This document shows, piece after piece, positions 1 to 9,885 of a DNA stretch of 64,000 bases. Origin of the DNA: Xylographa opegraphella (lineage: Eukaryota); contig JALDZX010000078.1 of NCBI GenBank assembly GCA_022813865.1, positions 1 through 64,000 on the forward strand. The letters are read 5' to 3'. Position 1 is the stretch's first letter; every line of letters begins with the position of its first letter. A program made the translations under genes and the position numbers. Below the pieces are notes generated by a model. It ran no database searches. It was not told the DNA's origin and saw only the letters and a list, made by a program, of their open reading frames with translations.

Positions 1-77
1 GAGGCATCCGGACTATAGTTCCTCCGATCCTTGTTCCACACAGTATTGGCCAGAACCTTAACATCAGGCTGCGTATC

Positions 78-512
78 GAAAAAATTTATATATTTTTATT
101 TATTTATATTTTTTTTAAATAGCTTTTAATTTACGTATATTAATTATTTTATTAATTTAAAAACTTTAAAATCTTATATTTTTGTTAATTTTCGATTGTT
201 TTAATTCGGATTTTACGATTTAAATCAATTTTCAATTAAAAAATAAAAATATTTAATAATTTAAAATAAAGTTTTAAATTAATTAATTATACATTAATAA
301 TATTTAAAACGATTCCGGGCTCATAACTATTATAATATATTAAATTATTCAATAATTTATTATAATTGCAGATAATTAATTAGTATAATATAATACATAA
401 AAAATATAATATTATTGTAAAGATTACGTAAATAATATTAATTATATAGATTACTTTAAAATTATATAAAGTTACGTAAGGTTACGTATGTATTATTTAA
501 TCGAATATAATA
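78..512. mobile_element. Extremely AT-rich block, probable RIP-degenerated repeat/transposon relic
   Basis: Abrupt switch from ~50% GC to almost pure A/T with abundant TpA and depleted CpA/TpG, while some CpG (TACG/CGTA, TCG) survive, as expected after repeat-induced point mutation. No ORF or terminal repeats recognisable. Confidence 0.6.
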
Positions 513-773
513 TCCAGTCAGGATAATGTTCGATCGGTCAATGATGGGCCCGAAACAGGGGTCCCATATTGCGACACTGTGCCTTGCAAGGCCGGAGAAA
601 CAAGCAATAGATTAGAGTTTGATAGTGCTATCGGATGATGCCCTCGCTTAGAATTAGGATTTAGTCTCGGCGGAAAATCTTAGCTTCGCCCTATAAGTGT
701 TCTAATTCCTCCAAAGCCATTACGGGATTTCAAATACCAACCCAGTCAATCATGTATCTTCTCGAGTAGTGAC

Positions 774-1766
774 ATGGAGCTCAAGGATTTGTCCAGCAAT
801 TGGAAGCAGCTCCAACAGACCCTCAAGAAGGAAGAACCCAAGAACCGCCCAAAACGGAAAGCGAGCGAAGAGATCCTCCAGCCTCGGCACAACGGTGCGA
901 AACGCTCCAAGCTCAACAGCAAGTCGTCGAGGCCTACTACCACTTCGCGAAAAAGCGTTACAAAGTCTCAAAGTATGGGATTCGGTTCCTCCAAGCCCAC
1001 TGTACCAGTTTCATCTGCATCTTTGGCTCTTTGGGCCGAAGACAATGACATCCCCGCGCGTGATCTAACTGCCGCTTACGGCCCCTCCTTGAAGAGCACA
1101 TCCATTCCACCTACTAAAGACACCGGCGAATCCATCAATGCTGGTATCTCCCGGGATGTCGAAGCTGGCAAATACATAGCAATAGATTGCGAGATGGTTG
1201 GAGTAGGGCCAACACCAGACCATGATTCAGCGCTTGCGCGAGTCTCCCTCGTCAACTACCACGGCGAACAGCTATACGACTCCTTTGTACTTCCCAAGGA
1301 AGCGGTAACCGACTTCCGTACCCATGTTTCGGGGATAACGCCCCAATTACTGAAGTTGGCACGATCGTTCGAAGAGGTACAACGGGATGTCGCAGGACTG
1401 ATGCAAGATAAGATACTCGTTGGACATGCGATACGTAACGATCTGGAAGCATTGATGCTAGGTCACCCGAGGCGGGATATCAGGGATACTAGTCGGTACC
1501 CAGGGTTTCGGGCGTTGGCTGGAGGTAAGACACCTGCACTGAAGAGGTTGGCGAAAGAGCTGTTGGGGGTCGAGATACAGGGAGGGGAGCATTCGAGCAT
1601 AGAGGATGCCCGAGCTACCATGCTCTTGTTCAGGAGAGAGAAAGACGGGTTCGAGAGGGAGCATGCCAAACGATGGGGTACGGCGAGGAAGGCCGACAAC
1701 ATGTCGAAGAAAGCGGAAGACAGCAGGACGGAAAAGAGACAGAGGAAAAAGAGAGTCAGAAAATAA
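774..1766 (+). CDS. REX4: RNA exonuclease 4 (DEDDh 3'-5' exonuclease)
   Basis: Single 330-aa ORF; N-terminal LSSNWKQLQ, ExoI AIDCEMVGVG, LVGHAIRNDL, ExoIII HSSIEDARATM, basic C-terminal tail. Confidence 0.95.
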   Translation: MELKDLSSNWKQLQQTLKKEEPKNRPKRKASEEILQPRHNGAKRSKLNSKSSRPTTTSRKSVTKSQSMGFGSSKPTVPVSSASLALWAEDNDIPARDLTAAYGPSLKSTSIPPTKDTGESINAGISRDVEAGKYIAIDCEMVGVGPTPDHDSALARVSLVNYHGEQLYDSFVLPKEAVTDFRTHVSGITPQLLKLARSFEEVQRDVAGLMQDKILVGHAIRNDLEALMLGHPRRDIRDTSRYPGFRALAGGKTPALKRLAKELLGVEIQGGEHSSIEDARATMLLFRREKDGFEREHAKRWGTARKADNMSKKAEDSRTEKRQRKKRVRK

Positions 1767-2081
1767 ACGCCCTGGCATTGAATCGACTTGCATCAAGTCT
1801 GGGAAAGTCCTAGCTATTTTCTGATACCCTATATAACGAGTGAAATCGGACGGCCAGTAACTGCCTCGGATTTCATGTCGAACCCCGCCATCAGATATAA
1901 GACCTCTCGGATTTCGAACCCTGGAACGACAACTGCAGGGACAATTTTATTAGAAAGATAATGGTCGTAGACCGGGATCGTTAGGGCTACCTAAAGCCAC
2001 TCATGACGAAGGCCAGGTGGGCTACAAGCTCTCGCAACGCTCGCTGTCTATACGCTGGTACATCAAAAAGCTTCAATATTA

Positions 2082-3628
2082 TCACAGCGGTATCTCTTCA
2101 ATCATCTCCATCGCGCCTTCTCGTCCGACAGTGATGATCACGTCGCCAAGCGTCTTGGTATTGAAACCTGCTTCGCAGTACGCAAAATAGTACTGCATCG
2201 TTGTCAGAGGACGCAACAGATAATTCTCCTCCAGCTGCTTACCTCCCATTTCCGACGGAAAAGCGCGACGTCCTTGTCTGTCATGCCACGGTGTTCGTCC
2301 AGAAGAGCCCGTCGAATCCTGCTGTCAAAGTTCCTCAAAAAGGTCTCTCGCCATATCCTCAGCGTCTTAGCGTAGTGTCCACCGATGTTCAGCAAGTTGT
2401 CGACTATCAGCGTTCCTTTCGATCCTCGTTCGATGCTCCCCACTAGCTGACTCACAGTCGGCAAGTGGCCGCCCGGAAAGATGTACTTTCGGATGAAGTC
2501 TTCGCCTTTCGAATACGCTTCGTACCTTGCCTCGGGCATGGTGATGCACTGGAAGACGCCGATCCCACCGTCGGGCTTCAACAAACGATTGACACAATCG
2601 AAATAGGTATCGAGATACTCCTTGCCCACAGCTTCAAGCATTTCGATGCTGACCACCTTGTCGTACAATCCCTGCTTCGGTGTGGGCAGGGCGCGGTAGT
2701 CACAGAGCAGGACCTCGATATTGTCGGTGTAGCCAGCCGCGGCAATCCGCTTCTCGGCCAACTCCTTTTGTTCCCTGCTCAGCGTCAAGCTGGTGACCCG
2801 GCATCCCGTTGCCCTCACCGCCGTCATCGCGAAGCTGCCCCACCCCGTTCCAATCTCGAGGACATGATCGCTCTGTTTTATGCGTGCATAGGTGATGAAG
2901 TGTTGCAGCTTTGTCCCTTGCGCGTCTTCCAGCGGCTCATGAGCCGACTTCGGGTCCGCCCTGGGCAGCCAGATGGGGCAGGAGTAGGTCATATCTTCGG
3001 ACAAGAAGGCGGCGAACATGGCGTTGCTGATGTCGTAGTGGGCGGAAATGTTGAGCTGTGCGTTGGCGAGGGTGTTCGTGCTACGGGCCAGGCTGATGAT
3101 CTTGCTGGTCAAGGTGGAGAAGAGGGTGGTGGCATTGGCCAATTGGGTGCGGTTGAGGATGAAGACCTGACGGCGTCAGCGGGCATGCTCCCCGATCAGC
3201 TGGCTCCGACCTGTGCCGGAGGAGCTCGAACCTGAAAGAAGGCGACCAAGTCCGGGCAGAGGACCTCTCCCAGCATATAGCTCTCCGCGAATCCCTAGTC
3301 GGCTTTCTCAGTACGGATTCAGGGGCGAAGTCAGGCTGCCGCAGTTCCGCGTCACGCTCACCATGTCGGCGAACAGCAACAGCCGGACCCAGAACGCTTC
3401 CTTCACGACCTTCAACTCAGTCCTCGGCGAGCCGTCTTTGGGTCGGGGCGAGCCGCAGACGGTGACGGTGCCATTGAGGTCCGTGACTACGATCTGCCCC
3501 ACCTCTACACGCTTCAAGAGGGACAGCACGGCGGTGCGCGACAGATGCACCAAGGGGGCCCAGGTCCAGGAACCGGCATAGGTGCGCACGGTATCCAAGG
3601 TGCCGGTGACGGCGGAGGTGAGAAGCAT
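2082..3628 (-). CDS. Cyclopropane-fatty-acyl-phospholipid synthase family SAM methyltransferase (4 exons)
   Basis: Motifs NISAHYDISN, MTYSC, VLEIGTGWGSFA, SIEMLEAVG, FIRKYIFPGG, HYAKTL and last exon YYFAYCEAGF...EEIPL*; GT-AG introns join exons ending FADM, AFFQ and RKWE. Confidence 0.9.
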
Positions 3629-4704
3629 TTTCACAAGAGGAGGTTACAGTCACAATGGGTTTCAATGGAAGCTGGCGGGACAGAACTATGTTATTCGAGG
3701 CCAGGCAACCACAATGGCCACGAGCGGATGCGAGGCTAGGTTTCTTCCCGAGTTCGCAGCTCGCGCATATTTGGGCGTGGCAGAAGAGTGAAGTCACCAC
3801 TAAGAAAGATTGATGAGAAATGCACTAAGGGTGGGGCGTTACCCTTAGCAGGGAGGCAGGGCCGGAGGATCGGGGTCTTTGTTCGACCCTTTTACAACGG
3901 CCGGTTCTTTTGGGTCACTCGTGCCCGCTTTGGGCTTTTGTTGGGGGAAACTTGTGCCGCCGGACATTAGACCCGTTCTTATCCCCGGTACACGAATCGT
4001 TCTTCGCCCTCTCACTTGGCCACAGCCGGGAGCTTGACCGAGAGCGAACGTGACAGGACGAGTTTGAGACCGCGGGCGGGAATGTCAACAACTGCAGGAA
4101 GTGGTGATGTCACCACGCGTGCCGCCTCTCGCTTGTGCCTGCCCCTGTTGATCCCGACGCGGCCGGAAGACGGTCCGAGCTTCTGACATGTGGATGGATG
4201 TGCGATCATCGTTGAAATGGAGGATGCTTCTCGTCTTGTCTTCTCTGATTCTTCTTGACAAGCGTAGGTACTCGGATCGGATCAACAACATCCGGAATTT
4301 GATAAACTCCAGCTTTCATTAAATTCGATCTGATTCTCTCTATTCGTCCGTGGCGGAGGGTGTCGGACAGATGATTGTTGATTGCCTCACGCCTCATTGC
4401 CTGTGGCCTGGGGTGGTGCCCGAAGTACTACGCAGTCAACGAGGTCAAAGTTGCTCCAACGTAGATATAATCTGTTATGTGTCTTTTGTGTGATAGGTAC
4501 TCGGTAAGGTGTTCGATTCCGCCTTACAAGTTACACCATGCCCCGCTACCCCACAATTCCGTCACATGCAAGTCGGAGCCTCAACGCGAGCGCGTCACGC
4601 TTTTACGCGTTTCCGTCTTATCCCGAAACGGGCTTGTACGACGTCTCTACAGAGGTCACTTGCAGGTACACTGGGACTCCTGTCGAACTAGCCAGCTTCC
4701 AGAA

Positions 4705-5399
4705 ATGCTTTCCATCCAGCCCCCGATCTCCAAATCCTCGTCTGCCCCTTCCATCCCGAAGCTGACACCTAATATCCTACCCTGCCGCATCAACCATTCC
4801 GGGCCCGTCAACGCCTCGAAGCGATACTGGAATGTCGAAGATGATGAGAGTACGTATCATACCAATGTTTCTATCTATATCGAGACCACCCGGATTCGAT
4901 ACAGACTGTGGTGCTGACCGCGAGCAGAGGGTCGGAAGATGGCGTACTTCCGAGGTCGCAAACTCCTCGGCAGAGAGGTCAAGCTGAGTGATTCGTATCG
5001 AGGTACAACCGCCATCTGCGCAGCGGTGCAATTGCGTAGTGAACATCAGGACTCTAATGTCAACGCATTACAGGCGCCGTTATATGCGATACCGATCGCG
5101 TCCTGCCGCTCTCAGATTCGCCCAATGCCTCTGACTTCGATGCGAAGGCTCCCACGACCGCGAAATCGACGGTGGAAGACGACGAGGGTGAAGGCGGAGA
5201 CGACGGGGAAGACGACATCGAGCCGACCAAGGTCCTCGAGGAAGTTGCAACGTTCGACGAAATCCTCGTCTGGGGCCACGAGCAAGTGCCCGGCGAGGAC
5301 GATGTCTTCGTCCGCGGCGTTCAGGAATGGCTCGGATTCGCAGAGGCGATGCACAGTGTTGGGGAGAAGACGACGGCTGTCGCACCTGCAACCCCATAG
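4705..5399 (+). CDS. RNH203: Ribonuclease H2 non-catalytic subunit C (3 exons)
   Basis: TPNILPCRINHSGPV..RYW, AYFRGRKLLG, FDEILVWGHE, FVRGVQEWLGFAEAMH joined by two GT-AG introns. Confidence 0.85.
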
Positions 5400-5422
5400 A
5401 ACTTCTTACCCGTAACGAACGC

Positions 5423-6031
5423 TCACTCGCCCTCTATCTTGACCGTAGCTCTCGTCCTGCGCTTCCCCACCGCCTCACCCTCCTCCGCGCCATCTCGTTT
5501 CCTCTCCAGCTTCCTCTCCTTATCCCCCCTCCGCTGTTCCGCCAGCCAGGCATCCTTCCTCGCCACATACCCGTCGTGCTTCTTCGCCCGCTCCCACACC
5601 TCTCTGAAGATCCGGCTCGCCTCCTCTTTCGCCGCCTTGCCCGCATGATCCTCACTTTTCCCAACCTCCTTCCTCCCCTTCCCATCCGCCCCCTCCCCGT
5701 CCCCATGTATCCACTTCCTCCCCCCCTTATGGTTCGCGTACCGCTTCGCGCGCGTCATGCCCATCTGCAGGTACTTGCGGGCCATATCCATGCCGACGAA
5801 GTCGTCCACGGCCTCGTAGGCCAGGAAGCGCGCCCAGAGCGCCGCCGCCGACGTGTGCGCCAGGGCCGGCGTGCGGAAGCGCCACAGCGGGAGGAGGGCG
5901 GCTTTGTAGGGCGCGAGGGAGGGGGAGGAGGAGAAGACTTGCTGCTCGGTGGGGATGTAGCGGTAGGTGGACGGGGAGGGCTGTGGTGGAGAAGGGGAGC
6001 GGGAGAGGGGCGAGAGTGGAGAGGAGGGCAT
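5423..6031 (-). CDS. DUF4385 family protein
   Basis: PYKAALLPLWRFRTP...DDFVGMDMARKYLQMGMTRAKRYANHKGGRK matches the family signature as recalled; first ATG at 6031. Confidence 0.8.
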   Translation of the reverse strand: MPSSPLSPLSRSPSPPQPSPSTYRYIPTEQQVFSSSPSLAPYKAALLPLWRFRTPALAHTSAAALWARFLAYEAVDDFVGMDMARKYLQMGMTRAKRYANHKGGRKWIHGDGEGADGKGRKEVGKSEDHAGKAAKEEASRIFREVWERAKKHDGYVARKDAWLAEQRRGDKERKLERKRDGAEEGEAVGKRRTRATVKIEGE

Positions 6032-6298
6032 GCTGGAGGGCGATGAGAAGGCCGGTGGTGCTTTGGAATGAATGCGCCGCGCGGAAGTCAAGAAAGTGAA
6101 ATCAATATTCATCGCTTCTCGCCTTGCCGTCATCTCTCGCCTCGCTATCCCAAACTCCAAAAGCCGCCTAACTTTGGCCCCCCCGTCAACAATAACACCA
6201 CCCCTTCACCACTATCTATTCCCATCCATCACACTTTCTTGCGCGATTTTCCATCTCCCAAACTCTCAGAATCGATACCCTACACTCGTGCGACAACT

Positions 6299-8283
6299 AT
6301 GGCGCCGCGAGATGTGTCGCCCGATCGCAAAGCGACGCCGGAGGTGGTGGAGAAGGGTATGGTGAGCGTGGGGACTTTGAGGTGGGTGTCTTTTCCCTAC
6401 AAATGGGGCTTTGAGGGGTTGGATGGGGATGTCGATGTGAAGGGGAGGGCTGATGCTTTTTGAGGCTAGGATCGGGATGAAGGCGTTTGTGGAGAAGGTG
6501 AGTTGCGTTGTGCTGGTTTTTGCTTTGAGAGCGTTCGCTTGTCTGGAACCTCAGGACGACTGGGGTTTGGAATTGATATTCTGGACTTCTGGGTGTGGAC
6601 TGTTGTTCGTGTGTTTAGTTATCTGTCTTACTTTTGCAATGTCATCTAGAAGATGCTGTACAGCAAGAGCACAGATCTTTCGTTCAAGAAGCATGATCTG
6701 GAACCATGGTTGACATTTGATAATAGGATGGCGAGAAACGCAAGGCAGAGATCCTGTCTATACAGACGAGGAAAGACCAGCCAAACTACTAGTGAGGCTC
6801 TTCTCTCCGACCTGTGAACCTCCAGCACACTGATCATCTATAGTGTGCACTACGAAGAATTCAACAAACGTCTAGACGGCAAGTAGCACCCCTTTTCTAC
6901 CCTTTCCCTATCCCGCTGACTTCGCCAGCAGAATGGGTCCCCCTCTCCCGCCTCGATCTCTCCCAAGAAGTTGAATTTCCCCTCCCGGATGCTCCGCCCA
7001 AGAAACCAACCAAATCCACCATCTCCGCACCTCCCAAATCGGCCATCCTTCACAAAGCCGGTCAGAAACGCCCCCGCGGCTCCGCCCAGATCTCTCGCGC
7101 CGCTTCCTCCACCCCCGAGCTCGCCCCCTCCACCGGCAACCAAGTCCCCACAGCCAAAGCCCGTCCTACTCTCTCCGGCGGCAAGGAAAATCAACGCCAC
7201 GACTCTGACACCTCAATCTCCGTCCTTGCCCCTGAGATCTCTGCCGACACACCCAAGGCCGAAGATGAGGAGCTCGACCTCGTCGACGTGCAAGACGCCG
7301 CCGCTGCCGCGAAAGCGACCACCGCCACCGCGCCTGGTCCCTATTCGCGCGAGGAAGAGATCGAGAAGCTCCGTACCGGCGGGTCCATGACGCAGAACCA
7401 AACCGAGATTTCCCGCGTGCGCAACCTCACGCGCATCGCGATGGGCGCGCACGAGATGGAGCCGTGGTACTTCTCACCTTACCCTCTCGCGTTCACGGAG
7501 GAAGACGTGGTGCACATCTGCGAGTTCTGCCTCGGCTATTTCGGCAGCAAGCGGGCGTTCGAGCGGCACCGCGCGAAATGCACGCTCGTGCACCCGCCCG
7601 GCAACGAGATCTACCGCGACGACTACGTGTCGTTCTTCGAGATCGACGGGCGGCGCCAGCGCACGTGGTGCCGCAACCTGTGCCTGCTGAGCAAGCTGTT
7701 CCTCGACCACAAGACCCTCTACTACGACGTCGACCCCTTCCTCTTCTACTGCATGACCACGCGCACCACCAGCGGCTGCCACCTCGTCGGCTACTTCTCC
7801 AAGGAGAAGGAGTGCGCCGAGGGCTACAACGTCGCGTGTATCCTGACGCTGCCGCAGTACCAGCGCAAGGGTTACGGCCGCCTGCTCATCGCCTTCAGCT
7901 ACGAGCTCTCGAAGCGCGAGGGCAAGCTCGGCTCGCCGGAGAAGCCGCTCTCCGACCTCGGCCTGCTGGGCTACCGCGCCTACTGGCAGGAGACCGTCGT
8001 CGGCGTGCTCCTGGACCACGACGGCAAGGCCGAGGCCAGCGTCGAGGAGATCGGCGCGCTGACCGCCATGACGACGGGCGACGTGCTGCACACGCTGCAG
8101 AACCTCAACATGCTGCGCTACAGCAAGGGCGGCCATGTCATCGTCCTCACCGACGCCGTCGTCCAGCAGCGCGCGAAGATGCTGGAGAAGGAGCGCATCA
8201 AGGGGAAGAGGAGGATCGACCCCGAGCGGCTGCAGTGGAAGCCGCCAGTGTTCACGGCGAGCAGTCGGACATGGAACTGGTAG
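6299..8283 (+). CDS. ESA1: MYST histone acetyltransferase of NuA4 (5 exons)
   Basis: Tudor-knot [24 protein letters not shown] built from exons 6299-6381, 6470-6497, 6727-6791, 6844-6878, 6932-8283; C2HC finger [46 protein letters not shown]. Confidence 0.97.
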
Positions 8284-8574
8284 GGGGGGGAAGGAGAGAA
8301 GGCGGGGAGGGGGGGGCAAGGGAGATTCAGATTGGTGGGATAGCAAGGCGTTTGGGTGCAGAAAGTTTTGATACCCGGATGCAGCGACTGGGCGTTCCCG
8401 GCACGGAAGGATAGTTTTCAAAATGTCTACTTTTTCGCGCCTGCAGATCTGGTGGCTGCTCTTATCAAAACAGCCTGAGCGTGTCAGCTGCAAAGCTCAT
8501 GTACATCACAATCCTGTCATATTTTCTGTGACCGGCAGGAAAACACACAAGAAGCCATCACGAACAACGCAATT

Positions 8575-9185
8575 GATATAGCATAGAAGTAAGTCTACGT
8601 CGACACAAGACCGGCCACCCACCCACCTTCGCACAGCCTGCACCCTCCCCCCACCCCTCACAGAACCAGAAGCCTTCCCACGCCCGCTCCGCGCCACCCA
8701 TCCTACCACCGACGGGTTTGCAGATACATAACCTCATACTTACCGCTACGCGTCCCACCACCGACCATAGATAGGGCTGACGCTTGCCATTTCCGCAGTC
8801 ATGGCCGTCGCAGTTGTCCGCTTACTTGCTACTGGCTTGGTAGCGTCGTCGCGCTAGATCGGGGAGGGGGGGTAAGCGGGCGGGTGAGATCCCACCCTCG
8901 CTGCGTCCTTGCTAGGAGGTTGCGGAGACGACGTACCGCTAGGATGGCAGTGTCTGTAGAATGTGCGGACGAGTTTCAGGGGTGTGGAGATGGGTGGTGC
9001 GGTAAGCGCGCGTAGGTTCCGTGATGAGTTTCTCGACGTTGGCGATAGTCCCATTCGGGCTCTATGGCCCGCACGGGTTTATACGAGGTAGCCCTCATGG
9101 CTTGTGGGAGCCAGCCGCGCCGTGTGATCTATCTTTTTGGTTGGATCCCGCATCGACGGACGACGCATTCACGCTGCGAATGCTT
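8575..9185 (+). ncRNA. Candidate spliced, highly structured ncRNA (U1-like architecture; family unassigned)
   Basis: GTAAGT 8589, ATACTTACC 8736, branch GCTGAC 8776, acceptor CAG 8798; more than 10 nested helices in 8800-9124 whose G-U pairs work only on the + strand; ATCTTTTTGG 9131-9140; 3' hairpin 9165-9183; no credible long ORF. Confidence 0.45.
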
Positions 9186-9885
9186 CAGTAAGAAGAATCC
9201 ACGATACGATTTTGGTAAAATTGAAAAGCGACCTATACTGAATAAACAGCTTCGGAGACAAGGGAGCTAGGCAATGATGAGATTCATGCAGTTAAAACAC
9301 CATAGCGGATGCAGCGACGGGATTCCAGCCGTCACAGACATCGGTGCGGATCAGCCATTGTTCAAAATTTGGATGTAGCAATCACCTAACGTGCCTGCTG
9401 CTATGGGTGCGAGCCGGTGGGTTATTCATGCGTTGTACGTAGAATGAGTGACAATGCTTTGAAAACAGAGAAAGAAAAAATTCACGGTTGGTATGTGAAA
9501 TTTCGTGCCAGGCTCAAATCGGTAGACGCCGACTTATCAACCTGCAAGCTCACTGTCGAATTGGAACAATCAGAAATCAGCTTTCAAGCTAACCTCTATG
9601 CCTGAGCTAGATAGCAGCACATCGGCTTGAACCTCACTCTAAATCCCGCTCGTCCCATCCAAGCATGCCAGCCAGCACACGATTTTGCGAGGGTATACCA
9701 AATACATGCCAGAACCATAACAACCCAAGCCTGCCCGATCAATCCGATCAAAACGGAGCGGAAAGCACACCCGAAAACAGGGAGGCACGCTTATAGTAGA
9801 CCTCAGGTTCATGATAGTAACATTGCAATCGTGAATCATGAGCTCAGAAACTGGCATTTACCAGATGGCTCCACAATAGCGACTG

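Noticed and set aside
1864..1922. Duplicated CTCGGATTTC..GAACCCC with B-box-like GGTTCGA on the minus strand (tRNA/SINE?)
   Set aside because: No cloverleaf or A-box; a short local duplication in convergent 3'UTRs.
2082..3628. Possible fatty-acid modification cluster around the CFA synthase
   Set aside because: Neighbours are REX4 and RNase H2C; no oxidoreductase, desaturase or PKS partner in the window.
6111..6125. ATCGCTTCTCG resembling the U2 snRNA 5' end
   Set aside because: No GTGTAGTA branch-recognition sequence or U2 stems follow; it lies in a divergent promoter.
7464..8493. 316-aa and 339-aa alternative-frame and antisense ORFs over ESA1
   Set aside because: Expected shadow ORFs of very high GC3 coding sequence; low complexity, no motifs.
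8582..9070. U3 or RNase P/MRP identity for the structured RNA (CATAGAA|TCAT, GTGATGA, AGTCCCAT)
   Set aside because: Only short matches; U3 box A continuation, terminal CTGA and the P4 GGAAA-type motif are missing.
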